Shown here piece after piece: positions 27,349-37,085 of a stretch of DNA of 64,000 nucleotides. How positions within the stretch are numbered: position 1 is the first letter of the stretch; every line of letters begins with the position of its first letter. The notes under the pieces were generated by a model. It was not told the DNA's origin, searched no databases, and saw nothing but the letters and a program-made list of their open reading frames with translations. Source of the DNA: a virus; IMG/VR virus record IMGVR_UViG_3300013132_005385, positions 32,001 through 96,000 of that record. One strand, 5' to 3'. A program made the position numbers and the translations under genes.

Positions 27349-28187
27349 TACTTGAAAAGGCTTAACATATTATAGACTTTTTCTCCGTAAGTATCCTTAG
27401 CTTCTCCATAAGAGATGGAGTTTTTTTCTGGAAATCTAGAGACTAGAATACTATATGCTCCCTTTTCATTTCTATTATGAAGGGTTGCTATCGACATAAG
27501 ATCCTTAATTAATGGCCCGCATTCATTCAGATCTGGATGATTATTAAAGAATGTTTCTATCTCCGTGGCCTTTATATGATCGATTAAATCTTTCCCGTGT
27601 GTAGGTTTTGATATGTGTATACAATCCCCCTTTAATTCGGTTTGGTAATCAGAATCTTCTTCAAGCTTTATGAAATACCCAGTCCCCATAGGACCGACTA
27701 TTCTACCATTTTGATCCTCGGATAACTCTGAGTCCCAATCTTTCGATTCCATTGATCCCCAAACTATTTTTCCACCGGAATACTTTGCGTTCTGAGCAAC
27801 CCTTTCCCCTGCAGTGATATTTGCTTTCATCGGGGACTTAATATTCCCAGTGTCCAGGTTAAATTCTATTGTTCCGGGGATTGTTTCGTAAACCTTTTTA
27901 GTTTTAACACTCTGAATTGTAACCAGTGAATATTTTCCATCCTCAGATATCTTAGCGGAAATAACTTGACCCAAAACTTTATTCTTAAGTCCTTTAACAT
28001 TAGCTTTCACATAGTCTCCATTTCTAAAAGCAGAATCTTTTATGTCCTTCGTGGGATCCACCGTGATTTCTGAACTTCTGGAAAGATCCCTATATGGATG
28101 ATAATTAACCTTGAAAACCCCATTAGAACTATTAAATGAGGATCCTGTTAGGGTTTGTGAAAAAAACTCATATAATCTCTTGATCAT
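27348..28187 (-). CDS. putative virion protein with an SH3-like segment
   Basis: MIKRLYEF start; FRNGDYVKA...GQVI segment; in the late fibre operon. Confidence 0.4.
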   Translation of the reverse strand: MIKRLYEFFSQTLTGSSFNSSNGVFKVNYHPYRDLSRSSEITVDPTKDIKDSAFRNGDYVKANVKGLKNKVLGQVISAKISEDGKYSLVTIQSVKTKKVYETIPGTIEFNLDTGNIKSPMKANITAGERVAQNAKYSGGKIVWGSMESKDWDSELSEDQNGRIVGPMGTGYFIKLEEDSDYQTELKGDCIHISKPTHGKDLIDHIKATEIETFFNNHPDLNECGPLIKDLMSIATLHNRNEKGAYSILVSRFPEKNSISYGEAKDTYGEKVYNMLSLFK

Positions 28188-28190
28188 TTC

Positions 28191-28727
28191 TTAGTTCTTT
28201 TTTTTATATGAATCCATTAGATCCTTAATCTTTGAGGCCAACTCATAGTTCTCTTCCTTAATGGCTTCTTCCAGCCTCATATTCAAATCCTTCTGACTAT
28301 CCTGAGGAGATTCATTTTTTCTAATAGGTTCAACTCTTTCCTGTGAAATTGCTATGATTGGTGAAAATAAAATTTCTAGTACAGAATCATTTATGGGAAC
28401 GTATATTCTGTCTTCCTCGTGTACATCGTCATTTTCAGATTCCTCTGAAATATCAATTTCCCATTCCCCGTTAACCCATATGATGCTCCATGGTCCATAA
28501 TTTAATTCAGGGAGGTCATTATCTATGGCGTAATTTATTATGGCCAAAACCTCTTCCTTTATTAATTCACTAGACATTTTCTCTCCTTTGACAATCTTTT
28601 TTATTCCCGGAATTTTAGTTGGCTCTACACCAACGCTTCTCTTTAGCATTTTATAGATCTTTAGAACTAAGTCCCAATCAATAGAATCTATTACCCTGTC
28701 TACTAAAATCTTGTTTTTTGGATTCAT
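28191..28727 (-). CDS. protein with a C-terminal UvrB/UvrC (UVR) coiled-coil motif
   Basis: LEEAIKEENYELASKIKDLM. Confidence 0.65.
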   Translation of the reverse strand: MNPKNKILVDRVIDSIDWDLVLKIYKMLKRSVGVEPTKIPGIKKIVKGEKMSSELIKEEVLAIINYAIDNDLPELNYGPWSIIWVNGEWEIDISEESENDDVHEEDRIYVPINDSVLEILFSPIIAISQERVEPIRKNESPQDSQKDLNMRLEEAIKEENYELASKIKDLMDSYKKKN

Positions 28728-28739
28728 GCAATTGTTTTT

Positions 28740-31700
28740 TTATGCGTCTATATCATCGATCACAAGAGCCTCCGAATCGTCGAAGAATCTTAATCTCAAA
28801 GGTTGACCAGTTGAGTAATTCTTTTTATATATGGTACAGGAATAATCCTGATACACGTAGGTAGCTGGGGTGAAATCTATATTGCTAACTTGACATTCCG
28901 TAATATTATATTGGAAATTATTTAATATGATATTGCCATCTCCAGGAGATCCTGATCCAGCACCAAATAAATGCCTGATTGTGTTATTAGTGAAATTATC
29001 TTCTATTGAATTAAGATTAAAAAGCCCTCTAATTTCATTTTCTAAGAAATCATTTCCAATTGAATTGTGAGCAAAATCATTATCAATATAATTGGACGAA
29101 AATCCGCTTCCTATCCTATTATTGTAAAATGTCCCATATATTCTGTTATTATAGGCTCCGTCACCTATAATATTAAACTGCATCTCAAATTTAACTGTAT
29201 TTTCCCCTATTATGCCGAAGGAGTTATTTGCGGACAAACTTCCGAGATCATTCGAATAAGAAATGTTATAGAACACATTATTGGAGAGGAGAAATGTTCC
29301 GGAATTGAGAGCAAAAATTGAGTGGTTACCAATCTTATTATCCGCTGTTAAATATAGATTATTAAAAGTGGTAAATTCACTATATGATCCCGTGTTGTTG
29401 TCATATGAAAGTATATAATCACCAGTGGGAACTGCAGCATAATAATTTACCCCTGTTGATGCGTATGAATAATTATTCGACACCAAAGTTGCCGATGTGT
29501 TTGTTGTAATTAACGAGATCTTAAAGCTTAACCCCCCAACTAAAATTACGTCTCCATTAGAAAGTTCTGTTGTAAAAAGGGTTCCAACCCCAGTCAACGA
29601 TGTACCCGAAATGGTAACGGTGCCCGTTTTTACCGAACCTTGTGAGTAATTCTCATATCTTTTAAACTCAACACTTCGGTGATCATAATCCGTTCTGTTG
29701 CCAAGATCGTCTATTCTTTCTGTGATCCTGCCCTTCGCTGGAGCTCCCATAACCTCAGTTGTATTAAAGAATATGTCATATTTTAATTCGTCTGCTGGAT
29801 AAATTAAAGACCAAGCATTAGGAGCTAATGTGCTTCCGCTAGTTGCCAGCACACAAATAGGTTCAATCGATGATGTTTTCGTCGTAACTGATCCTTTTGG
29901 TGTGTATGTTAAAGAGCCATCGAAAGTAAAATCTGGCTGGTCGTAAACTGTCTGATAGTCGCTGATAACATATAACGTTCCCGGAGATAAAGATCCAGGA
30001 CTGGAAGTTATAGTATTGTATAAAGCGCTGTATGTGGTGACGATAATTCCTCCTAAGCTTCCTGGACCTGTCATACCTGTGGGTCCAGTGGGTCCGATGT
30101 TTCCTTGTAATGTAACTATTGAAATAGAAGTAGATCCAGATCCCTTAATTTCAATGTTGCTCCCAGATCCCACCGTGTAATCTACTCTAACCCAGAATCT
30201 TTCCCCCGCCTGTACATCTAATATTGCATTAGCTGTTATGACTTCGTCGGGTGTATATGATGCTTCAGACAGAATTGAATTATACCCTCTGAATCCATCA
30301 ACAGCCAATGGCCCTGATGTATTCTTCATTAAATCCGTTACGATTTTAGATTCCCCTCCTGTTACAGAATGTGTGACTGTAACCCTATATGAAATTAGGT
30401 ATCTTCCACTTTGAAGTATTTCCACGTATGTTCCAGTCTGTCCGGAATTGGTAAAGTTATTATATGAGTAATATGAACCATCTACTATTGGGTATGTGTC
30501 CAATAAAACCGGGGATGTTGATCCTGAAGATAGTGCAGGCTGAGATCCTAATCTATATCCATTAAATGAATATAAACTTGTGGGAATTCCTATAGGACCT
30601 GTGGGACCAATATTCCCGATAGGACCAATATCCCCAGTTGGTCCAGAATCACCTGTGGGACCAACACTCCCTGTTGGGCCTGTCTCTCCAGTAGATCCCG
30701 ATATTCCCGTAGGACCAGTAGCACCAGTAGTCCCTGTAGGTCCAAATATGGTGTAACCTGCATAAACCCACGAGGATGTTCCAGAATTCCACTGGTAAAC
30801 TTGTCCGTCGTTACCGTCTATATAAAGATCCCCGTCTATGCCCGAAAATATAGGCATACCAAATCCTGTGTATATCCCAGGTCCTTTATCTCCGGTTGGG
30901 CCTGTCTCTCCGGTGGCACCAAATCCAGTCATACCCGTGGGACCTGTTGATCCGGTAAACCCTGTTTGTCCTTGAGCTCCGGTAAACCCTGTTTGTCCTT
31001 GAGCTCCGGTAGGTCCAATAGTACCAACAGATCCTATTGGTCCTTGTGCTCCTGTTGGACCTGTTGATCCAGTAAAACCAGTAGTTCCTGCAGTTCCTGC
31101 TGCTCCGGTTGGTCCAGTTACCCCAGTAGCTCCAGTTGGCCCGGTTGGCCCAGTTGGCCCGGTTGACCCAGTTGTGCCAGTGTCGCCTGTGGGTCCTCCA
31201 GAAGGTCCAGTTGGACCTGTAAGTCCTGTAGCACCAGTTGATCCATTAGATCCAGTTGTTCCCGATAGAAAAGAAACCCAAGCATCAAATCCGTCTATGC
31301 CTCCAGAAAGACTTCCAGACGAGATGTTTGTTGACACAGTTCCCGTAATCAGTACAGCGTGTGAATTGGCAGATGCTCCTAAACCAGCATTTGCTATGAT
31401 GGTAACGGTGTTAAGAGAAAATGAGGCAAGACAGGGAACTGATAAATTTTGGAGAATATTAGTTACTAAAAGCTCCGCCGTGGTCACATTATCAATAGTC
31501 CAGGAAGCTGTTCCTGCTAAAACCGGACCTCCACCATTATCATAGTAAACCGATATGGTTTGTCCAGATGATCCCCCTGAATTAATATCAAATTGAAAAG
31601 TTGCCTTAGTCTCGCCAAAACTTAAATATCCTTGGTAGTCGTCGCCAGTAAATCTGACCTGTCCGACCAATCCAGGCTGAAGAGTTGGAAGAGGAGCAGT

Positions 31701-32066
31701 CCTATCCTCTATGAGTCTAAGTCTTCCCCCTGAATTTTTATTTCCAACCACGGCATGCCTGCCTATGAATATATCATTAATAAGGTTAATTCCCGATGCG
31801 AGAATTTCGCCATTATCTCCTTTAATCTCTATAGATGGATTTCCCGAGACCGGCAAATTAATAAGGTTTGCCTTAATAATGTTAGTGTTAAGCCTGCCCG
31901 TGGGAAAATTCAAGGATTTATCCTGAATGCTTATTCCAAAAGCTTTATTTAGAATAGCAAATCCTTGTCTTAATTGATCAAAATTACTATTTGAAACCTG
32001 GTTATTAGCTCCAACTGTATTTGTGGCTAACAGCTGTCTAATTGTAATATCGCTAAGTTCGTTCAT
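28740..32066 (-). CDS. collagen-like fibre protein (GxT triplets, C1q/BclA-like domain, C-terminal beta-helix)
   Basis: Three G-X-T blocks; [10 protein letters not shown]...AGERFWVRV; [17 protein letters not shown]; N.IG..F..N repeats; GATATATA at 32086-32093. Confidence 0.7.
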   Translation of the reverse strand: MNELSDITIRQLLATNTVGANNQVSNSNFDQLRQGFAILNKAFGISIQDKSLNFPTGRLNTNIIKANLINLPVSGNPSIEIKGDNGEILASGINLINDIFIGRHAVVGNKNSGGRLRLIEDRTAPLPTLQPGLVGQVRFTGDDYQGYLSFGETKATFQFDINSGGSSGQTISVYYDNGGGPVLAGTASWTIDNVTTAELLVTNILQNLSVPCLASFSLNTVTIIANAGLGASANSHAVLITGTVSTNISSGSLSGGIDGFDAWVSFLSGTTGSNGSTGATGLTGPTGPSGGPTGDTGTTGSTGPTGPTGPTGATGVTGPTGAAGTAGTTGFTGSTGPTGAQGPIGSVGTIGPTGAQGQTGFTGAQGQTGFTGSTGPTGMTGFGATGETGPTGDKGPGIYTGFGMPIFSGIDGDLYIDGNDGQVYQWNSGTSSWVYAGYTIFGPTGTTGATGPTGISGSTGETGPTGSVGPTGDSGPTGDIGPIGNIGPTGPIGIPTSLYSFNGYRLGSQPALSSGSTSPVLLDTYPIVDGSYYSYNNFTNSGQTGTYVEILQSGRYLISYRVTVTHSVTGGESKIVTDLMKNTSGPLAVDGFRGYNSILSEASYTPDEVITANAILDVQAGERFWVRVDYTVGSGSNIEIKGSGSTSISIVTLQGNIGPTGPTGMTGPGSLGGIIVTTYSALYNTITSSPGSLSPGTLYVISDYQTVYDQPDFTFDGSLTYTPKGSVTTKTSSIEPICVLATSGSTLAPNAWSLIYPADELKYDIFFNTTEVMGAPAKGRITERIDDLGNRTDYDHRSVEFKRYENYSQGSVKTGTVTISGTSLTGVGTLFTTELSNGDVILVGGLSFKISLITTNTSATLVSNNYSYASTGVNYYAAVPTGDYILSYDNNTGSYSEFTTFNNLYLTADNKIGNHSIFALNSGTFLLSNNVFYNISYSNDLGSLSANNSFGIIGENTVKFEMQFNIIGDGAYNNRIYGTFYNNRIGSGFSSNYIDNDFAHNSIGNDFLENEIRGLFNLNSIEDNFTNNTIRHLFGAGSGSPGDGNIILNNFQYNITECQVSNIDFTPATYVYQDYSCTIYKKNYSTGQPLRLRFFDDSEALVIDDIDA
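30580..31263 (-). repeat. collagen G-X-Y (mostly GPT/GxT) coding repeats
   Basis: Visible in the translation; includes a 27-bp duplication encoding GAQGQTGFT. Confidence 0.85.
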
Positions 32067-32113
32067 TTAACGGGCATATTTTGTTTATATATCCCGTTTA
32101 GATAACTTAGGAT

Positions 32114-32509
32114 CTAAAAATATACCTCTTTTATCTCTTTTACCCAAGAAGCAAACTTTTCGGGATAAAATTCTTGGATTTCCCTTATTTCTCGAGATGA
32201 AATATTATATTTTTCTTTGATAAAGAGGAGAACATCCTCTGACACTGGATCTTTTTCTTTTTTATCTCTTTTTATGGTTGACGTAAATATCCACTTTGGA
32301 GAGTTTTTATAGATTCTAGAGATATTATCTTTCCACCAATCTATAGTTCTATCCGGCTGAATCTTTATATGATTAAACATTCCAGCTTGAAGTGGATATT
32401 CGATAGACATGATCCTGTTGATCATGAAGAAATTTCGAGATTTATCTCTGTCTTTTATTTTATTCCAGTTTTTACCATGGAATGATTTTATTATATCAAA
32501 TGGACTCAT
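32114..32509 (-). CDS. putative clamp loader small subunit (gp62-like)
   Basis: PFDIIKS, FMINR.MS, KW pattern; operon context with gp44 and rnh. Confidence 0.45.
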   Translation of the reverse strand: MSPFDIIKSFHGKNWNKIKDRDKSRNFFMINRIMSIEYPLQAGMFNHIKIQPDRTIDWWKDNISRIYKNSPKWIFTSTIKRDKKEKDPVSEDVLLFIKEKYNISSREIREIQEFYPEKFASWVKEIKEVYF

Positions 32510-32511
32510 AG

Positions 32512-33648
32512 TTAAAATAAATCAAATGGATCAAATTGTTTAGGAGTAGCTGAGACATCTCCCCATGGGGAATTCCCTATCATAGTCTTTTTATTTAAAA
32601 GAGGCGTCTTGGTTTCGTTGATCTGGTTGGAGGATATTATATTCATCCTGGTTATCAGATCCATAGGTATAACTTCAGAGTTAAGCCAAACTAATTTTGC
32701 ATTCTCGAAATAATTTTGCCTTGCAATTTCTCTCTTTTCTGTTGTGTCGCTTTCCCCGACTGATCTTAGAATAAATCCAGAAATCCACTCCAGAAACTCA
32801 GGATCTTTCCAGATCAATTCCAATCTGCGCCCAGACCATTTTCCCTGAGTAAAAGCTGCCCATATTTTATCCGCCTTAGAATCTGTTAATCTCGTAACAT
32901 TTCCCTTGGAGTTCAAAAATTCATAAACGGACGGAACATCATCTTTCTTATCGCCTATTAGAACTTTCTTGAAGATAAATTCATGTGGATCTATTTCTTC
33001 AATTATACACATCTTTAGGAAAGAATCCAGTTGCTGTCCCTCATCAGTACTAGTTGGAGTAACATCAAAGATTGACATTTCTCTTTCCTCAGATTTGATA
33101 GCATCAAGCCATCCTTTTGAGCAGACTATCTTATTATTTTTTGAATTTGCGTTCCATACTATGGTCCAGTTCTCTCCATCATGTTCAACAAGCTGGTGCA
33201 TGTCCTTATCTCCTGTAAAAATTAAAACGCTTCTACCAGATTCCCTGAATTTTTTATTCCAGTGCCACAATAGATCGTCACCTTCTGACCCCTGTACTTT
33301 TGAGTAATGAAATCCACTGTTTTCAAGAAAAGATCCAAACTCTTCCATTAGCTGAAAGAACGATGACCAATCAACTCCCTCTTCTTTGACCCTGCTTTCC
33401 TTATAAACGCTTCGTGATATTTTAAAATCTTTTCTCCATGACCTAGAGTCCTTACAAAATACCACTTGATCTATTCCCGGGATAAGATTAAGCGAGTAGC
33501 ATAGATCAGTCATAATTTTTTTCATTAGCATTGATCTATCCCCCGGGGAACTAAGAAAGTCACCAGGATTCTTGTCACCATATCCAGAAATCACTCCGAA
33601 TGTTTTATGAAATAGGTAATTTCCGTCAACTAGTACATTTATTCCCAT
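32512..33648 (-). CDS. rnh: 5'-3' exonuclease / RNase H (T4 rnh, FEN family)
   Basis: LVDGNYL, D.RSWRK, YKESR, EGDD, TGDKDMHQL, GDKKDDVP. Confidence 0.85.
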   Translation of the reverse strand: MGINVLVDGNYLFHKTFGVISGYGDKNPGDFLSSPGDRSMLMKKIMTDLCYSLNLIPGIDQVVFCKDSRSWRKDFKISRSVYKESRVKEEGVDWSSFFQLMEEFGSFLENSGFHYSKVQGSEGDDLLWHWNKKFRESGRSVLIFTGDKDMHQLVEHDGENWTIVWNANSKNNKIVCSKGWLDAIKSEEREMSIFDVTPTSTDEGQQLDSFLKMCIIEEIDPHEFIFKKVLIGDKKDDVPSVYEFLNSKGNVTRLTDSKADKIWAAFTQGKWSGRRLELIWKDPEFLEWISGFILRSVGESDTTEKREIARQNYFENAKLVWLNSEVIPMDLITRMNIISSNQINETKTPLLNKKTMIGNSPWGDVSATPKQFDPFDLF

Positions 33649-33673
33649 CTTTAATTTTTATTTTTCTTGTGAT

Positions 33674-34144
33674 TTAAAAATCCTCATTTTTTATTTGCAC
33701 ATCAAATATATCAAAATTTTCAAAATCCATCCTATCAGCACTAATTCTTCTCTCTGTTGAATCAGCATCTTTTCTTAGATTCATCCTTTTTCTCCTTATT
33801 TCCTCTGAAGGATTTATATAGATTATGAAAGAATTTTCTATGACATCCTTTGGAAGATTATTAACCCCTCCCGGAGTTATAACGAAAACATCGCTCTTTA
33901 AAAATTCTGCGTGTGTGGTTCCATAGTACCATCCATTAAATTTCTCTAACTCGATGAATTTTTCCGGATTCTCAAGAAAAAAAGAATCCTCTTTAAAGTG
34001 ATAATCTACACCATCCATTTCTCCCTCCCTCATCGGTCTGGAAGTACATGAAACCGAATGTCTGAACCCCTTCTTTTCTAATCTCTTTCTTAATACGTCC
34101 TTGCCTGACCCTCCAGGACCAACAATGATTAATCTTTTGCTCAC
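33674..34144 (-). CDS. gmk: guanylate kinase
   Basis: GPGGSGKD, SCTSRPMREGEMDGVDYHF, WYYGT. Confidence 0.88.
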   Translation of the reverse strand: MSKRLIIVGPGGSGKDVLRKRLEKKGFRHSVSCTSRPMREGEMDGVDYHFKEDSFFLENPEKFIELEKFNGWYYGTTHAEFLKSDVFVITPGGVNNLPKDVIENSFIIYINPSEEIRRKRMNLRKDADSTERRISADRMDFENFDIFDVQIKNEDF

Positions 34145-35085
34145 GGTAATAATTTCTGTATGGAAAAGAATAGGCCAAGAAGAGAAACAACCGGATCTAT
34201 CACGAGATTTCTTTCCGCCTGATATTTTGCTGTTAAAATTAATATCTGCGGGATATACTGTATTAGGTTTGATTTATTCTCCTTAATCCACAGAATAAAA
34301 TCATTAGAGAGTGAGTTCATCACCTCATCAACTCTACCTGAGTACTGACCAACAATCAATTGGTAATTTTTAATCGGATCCTTATCCTCTGTTAACATAA
34401 TAAAAAGTTCTTCAAAACTCCAAAAATTCTCATGAATTTTCTTATCGGAAATCTCGCTGATGCCTTCTATCATCCACCTTTGAATGGTGTTCAGAGCAGA
34501 TCTCATATCAGGAAAATATTTATTTGAAAAATCGGATAAAGCTTTTTCTGATATTTCTATTTCCATCTTTTCCAGAATAAGCTTAACCCTTTTATTCCAT
34601 TCTTCCTGAATTTCTCTTTCTTCCTCCTTATCAATGGGGTCAAAATCAAAGATCTCGAATCTGCTCTTTATTGGATCTGGGAGCTTATTTAGATAATTGC
34701 ATGTAGCGATGAATCTAGTTCCTTTAGCGAACTTTTCGATTGTTCCCCTTAGTGCTTTATAGAATTGGTCCGAAGCTCCATCAAACTCATCTAAAACGAC
34801 TATTTTGATGGCGTTCTTACCATCCATAATAGAAACCGTCGAACAGAAGTCTGTAATTTTTGATCTTACTGTGTCAACAGAGCTTTCATCTGACACGTTA
34901 ATGAATAAATGCGGATGATCCTTCATTAGGATTTTAGCCATAGAAGATTTCCCACATCCGGGGGATCCCGATAGCAGCACATTTTGCTGGATTCCCTGTG
35001 AGAAAACGTTTCTGATTCTTTTAGGCAGAATCATGTGCTCTATCTTTTTTGGACGGAGCTTCTCGGTAAGTAATTCTTGAACCAT
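34141..35085 (-). CDS. gp44: clamp loader large subunit (gp44/RFC-like AAA+)
   Basis: EKLRPK, GSPGCGKS, LDEFD, ALRGTIE, FIATCN, SRF, FPDMR. Confidence 0.88.
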   Translation of the reverse strand: MVQELLTEKLRPKKIEHMILPKRIRNVFSQGIQQNVLLSGSPGCGKSSMAKILMKDHPHLFINVSDESSVDTVRSKITDFCSTVSIMDGKNAIKIVVLDEFDGASDQFYKALRGTIEKFAKGTRFIATCNYLNKLPDPIKSRFEIFDFDPIDKEEEREIQEEWNKRVKLILEKMEIEISEKALSDFSNKYFPDMRSALNTIQRWMIEGISEISDKKIHENFWSFEELFIMLTEDKDPIKNYQLIVGQYSGRVDEVMNSLSNDFILWIKENKSNLIQYIPQILILTAKYQAERNLVIDPVVSLLGLFFSIQKLLP

Positions 35086-35181
35086 AGTAATAGTTTAAAT
35101 TGATTAATGATTCCAATCTTATCGATTGTATTTAACTATTATATGGGTGGATAGAAATTAAAATTCGAAAATTTCTGGATT

Positions 35182-35442
35182 TTATCTCCCTAAATTTATC
35201 CCGCACGATTTACACGGATCGTCTATCTCTGAATTTAACAATTTACACCATCCTATTTTATAGTCGGGAAATTCAAGATCTATTTCGTCCTGATACTCTT
35301 CCGGCTTTTCGGATGCCTTTATGTATTTGAATTGTGGACATGATTTTATGTGATAGATCCCAGTCTCTATATCGAAACTAATTCCGGTGTAGCAATAAAT
35401 CCCTTCGGGAATTTGTTTTTTAACCTTTCTTGGTACTTTCAT
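35182..35442 (-). CDS. small Cys-containing hypothetical protein
   Basis: 86-aa ORF; IPEGIYCY, CP, GWC, DPCKSCG. Confidence 0.55.
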   Translation of the reverse strand: MKVPRKVKKQIPEGIYCYTGISFDIETGIYHIKSCPQFKYIKASEKPEEYQDEIDLEFPDYKIGWCKLLNSEIDDPCKSCGINLGR

Positions 35443-35450
35443 CTAATATA

Positions 35451-37082
35451 CTATTCTCCCTCAGCCGGGGTCTCTTCTGATGCAGGGGTTTCTGCTGCTG
35501 GAGCTTCTTCACCCTCTACAGGTTTGGATTCTTCCCCTGCTTCTTTCTCCTTGTCTAGATAAATATTATTCATTTTTCGGTCTTCGTTATTCAGTCCCAA
35601 ATATTTGTCTATTAAAAAGTCCTGATCGAAGAAAGGAACCTCTTCCTCTCCTTTTTTCTCCTTGATTTCTGAAGCTGCGGCAATAAAGTCTATTGTTTTA
35701 ATTAGCTGTTCTATTTCTCTGGATTCACCAAAAATATTATCACTTTCAAATTTTATACCCAATTGGCTTCTGAATAGTGCATCCTCCTTCAGTTCAGGAA
35801 AATCCAGGGCCATCTGAATCCAAAGGGGTTTGATAATAATTTCCTGAAATATAGATCTTATTCTAGTTACGAACTTGCCGTATCTTACCTCGTCTCTTTC
35901 CGCTCCCTCTGCTGCTATCTTAAACATTCCAGCTTGACCTCCGCTTCTCGCAGCGAATCTGTTATATGGGATTTTTGAATCCATTTTTAGCTTGTTAGAA
36001 AAATATACCACGGCATCCATTACGTTCATATTTGGACCCTGAGGATTAATGGTTTCAACCTTAGGTGTTTCCCCTCCCATCTGCGGAAACAAATAGTTTT
36101 TATAGAACTGAAGGTTTGGCCTCCCGTTAATACTTAAAGATCCTGAAGTGGTATCCAGTTTAATATCCTCTTTATATACGGACATAAGTTCGCCCAAGGT
36201 TTCTTTAGCTTTCTGTGGTGATTTACTACCAACCGGAATAGTCATTTTTATTCGATACTGGGAATTCATGACGTTCCATATAATCCTGGTGTGTTCCATT
36301 ATCCTTAAAAGATTATAGGACCTGACTAATCTTTCACAATATGATGTCCTTGTTACTTGACTTCCTTTTGCGTATGATATGTAGATCAGCTGCCCGTCAT
36401 ACAATTTTCTCTGTCTAACAGAATCCCCATAATATTGGTACCAGATCTGAACGTGTGATCCATCGGGCTGTTTTTCCACTGACGGGGTTAAAGAAACTGG
36501 GTCAAGCTCTTTAAATCCAACGATTTTCTTTGCGTCTGATGAATATATTATTTCAAAAGATAAAAATCCATCTACTAAGAGCTGTCTGAAATATTGCCAC
36601 CCAGTCAGAGCATTAACCATTCCATGAAGAACGTATATTCTTCTGAAATTTTCTCTAATAGCACTGATTACTTCAGGCTTAAGATCTAAATTTAATAGGG
36701 AAGGATGACAGAAAAAGTTTTTTTCGTCATAGACTATACCATCGTCACACAAAGTATCCAGAATATATTCTATTTCGGAGTTCATCGCGAACTTCCTTAA
36801 GAAATCTATTTTAAAAGGAACCTCCTTATCTAAACTAGCAATATACTTCCTATTTGAAGTGTCTTGAGACGCTATAGAATAAATAAAGTCCTCGTCCTCC
36901 TGGGCAAACCCAAATCTTTCTCTCATAGAAAGCTCTGCAGCCCCCATAGCCTGTGAGTTTTTAATCACTAGGTCCTTATACTCCATCCCGAAATTACCCA
37001 ATTTTCTAGCAGTTTCTGCTATTCTTGAGAAAATACCTGATGAGTTTGATGATCCTCCTAAATTATCTAAAAATCCAGCCAT
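35451..37082 (-). CDS. gp20: portal protein, copy B (T4 gp20-like)
   Basis: EIEYILDTLCDD.IV, FRQLLVDG, ELDP, NLLRIMEHTRIIW, KIPYNRF, RDEVRYGKFVTRIRSIF. Confidence 0.85.
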   Translation of the reverse strand: MAGFLDNLGGSSNSSGIFSRIAETARKLGNFGMEYKDLVIKNSQAMGAAELSMRERFGFAQEDEDFIYSIASQDTSNRKYIASLDKEVPFKIDFLRKFAMNSEIEYILDTLCDDGIVYDEKNFFCHPSLLNLDLKPEVISAIRENFRRIYVLHGMVNALTGWQYFRQLLVDGFLSFEIIYSSDAKKIVGFKELDPVSLTPSVEKQPDGSHVQIWYQYYGDSVRQRKLYDGQLIYISYAKGSQVTRTSYCERLVRSYNLLRIMEHTRIIWNVMNSQYRIKMTIPVGSKSPQKAKETLGELMSVYKEDIKLDTTSGSLSINGRPNLQFYKNYLFPQMGGETPKVETINPQGPNMNVMDAVVYFSNKLKMDSKIPYNRFAARSGGQAGMFKIAAEGAERDEVRYGKFVTRIRSIFQEIIIKPLWIQMALDFPELKEDALFRSQLGIKFESDNIFGESREIEQLIKTIDFIAAASEIKEKKGEEEVPFFDQDFLIDKYLGLNNEDRKMNNIYLDKEKEAGEESKPVEGEEAPAAETPASEETPAEGE

Positions 37083-37085
37083 TTT

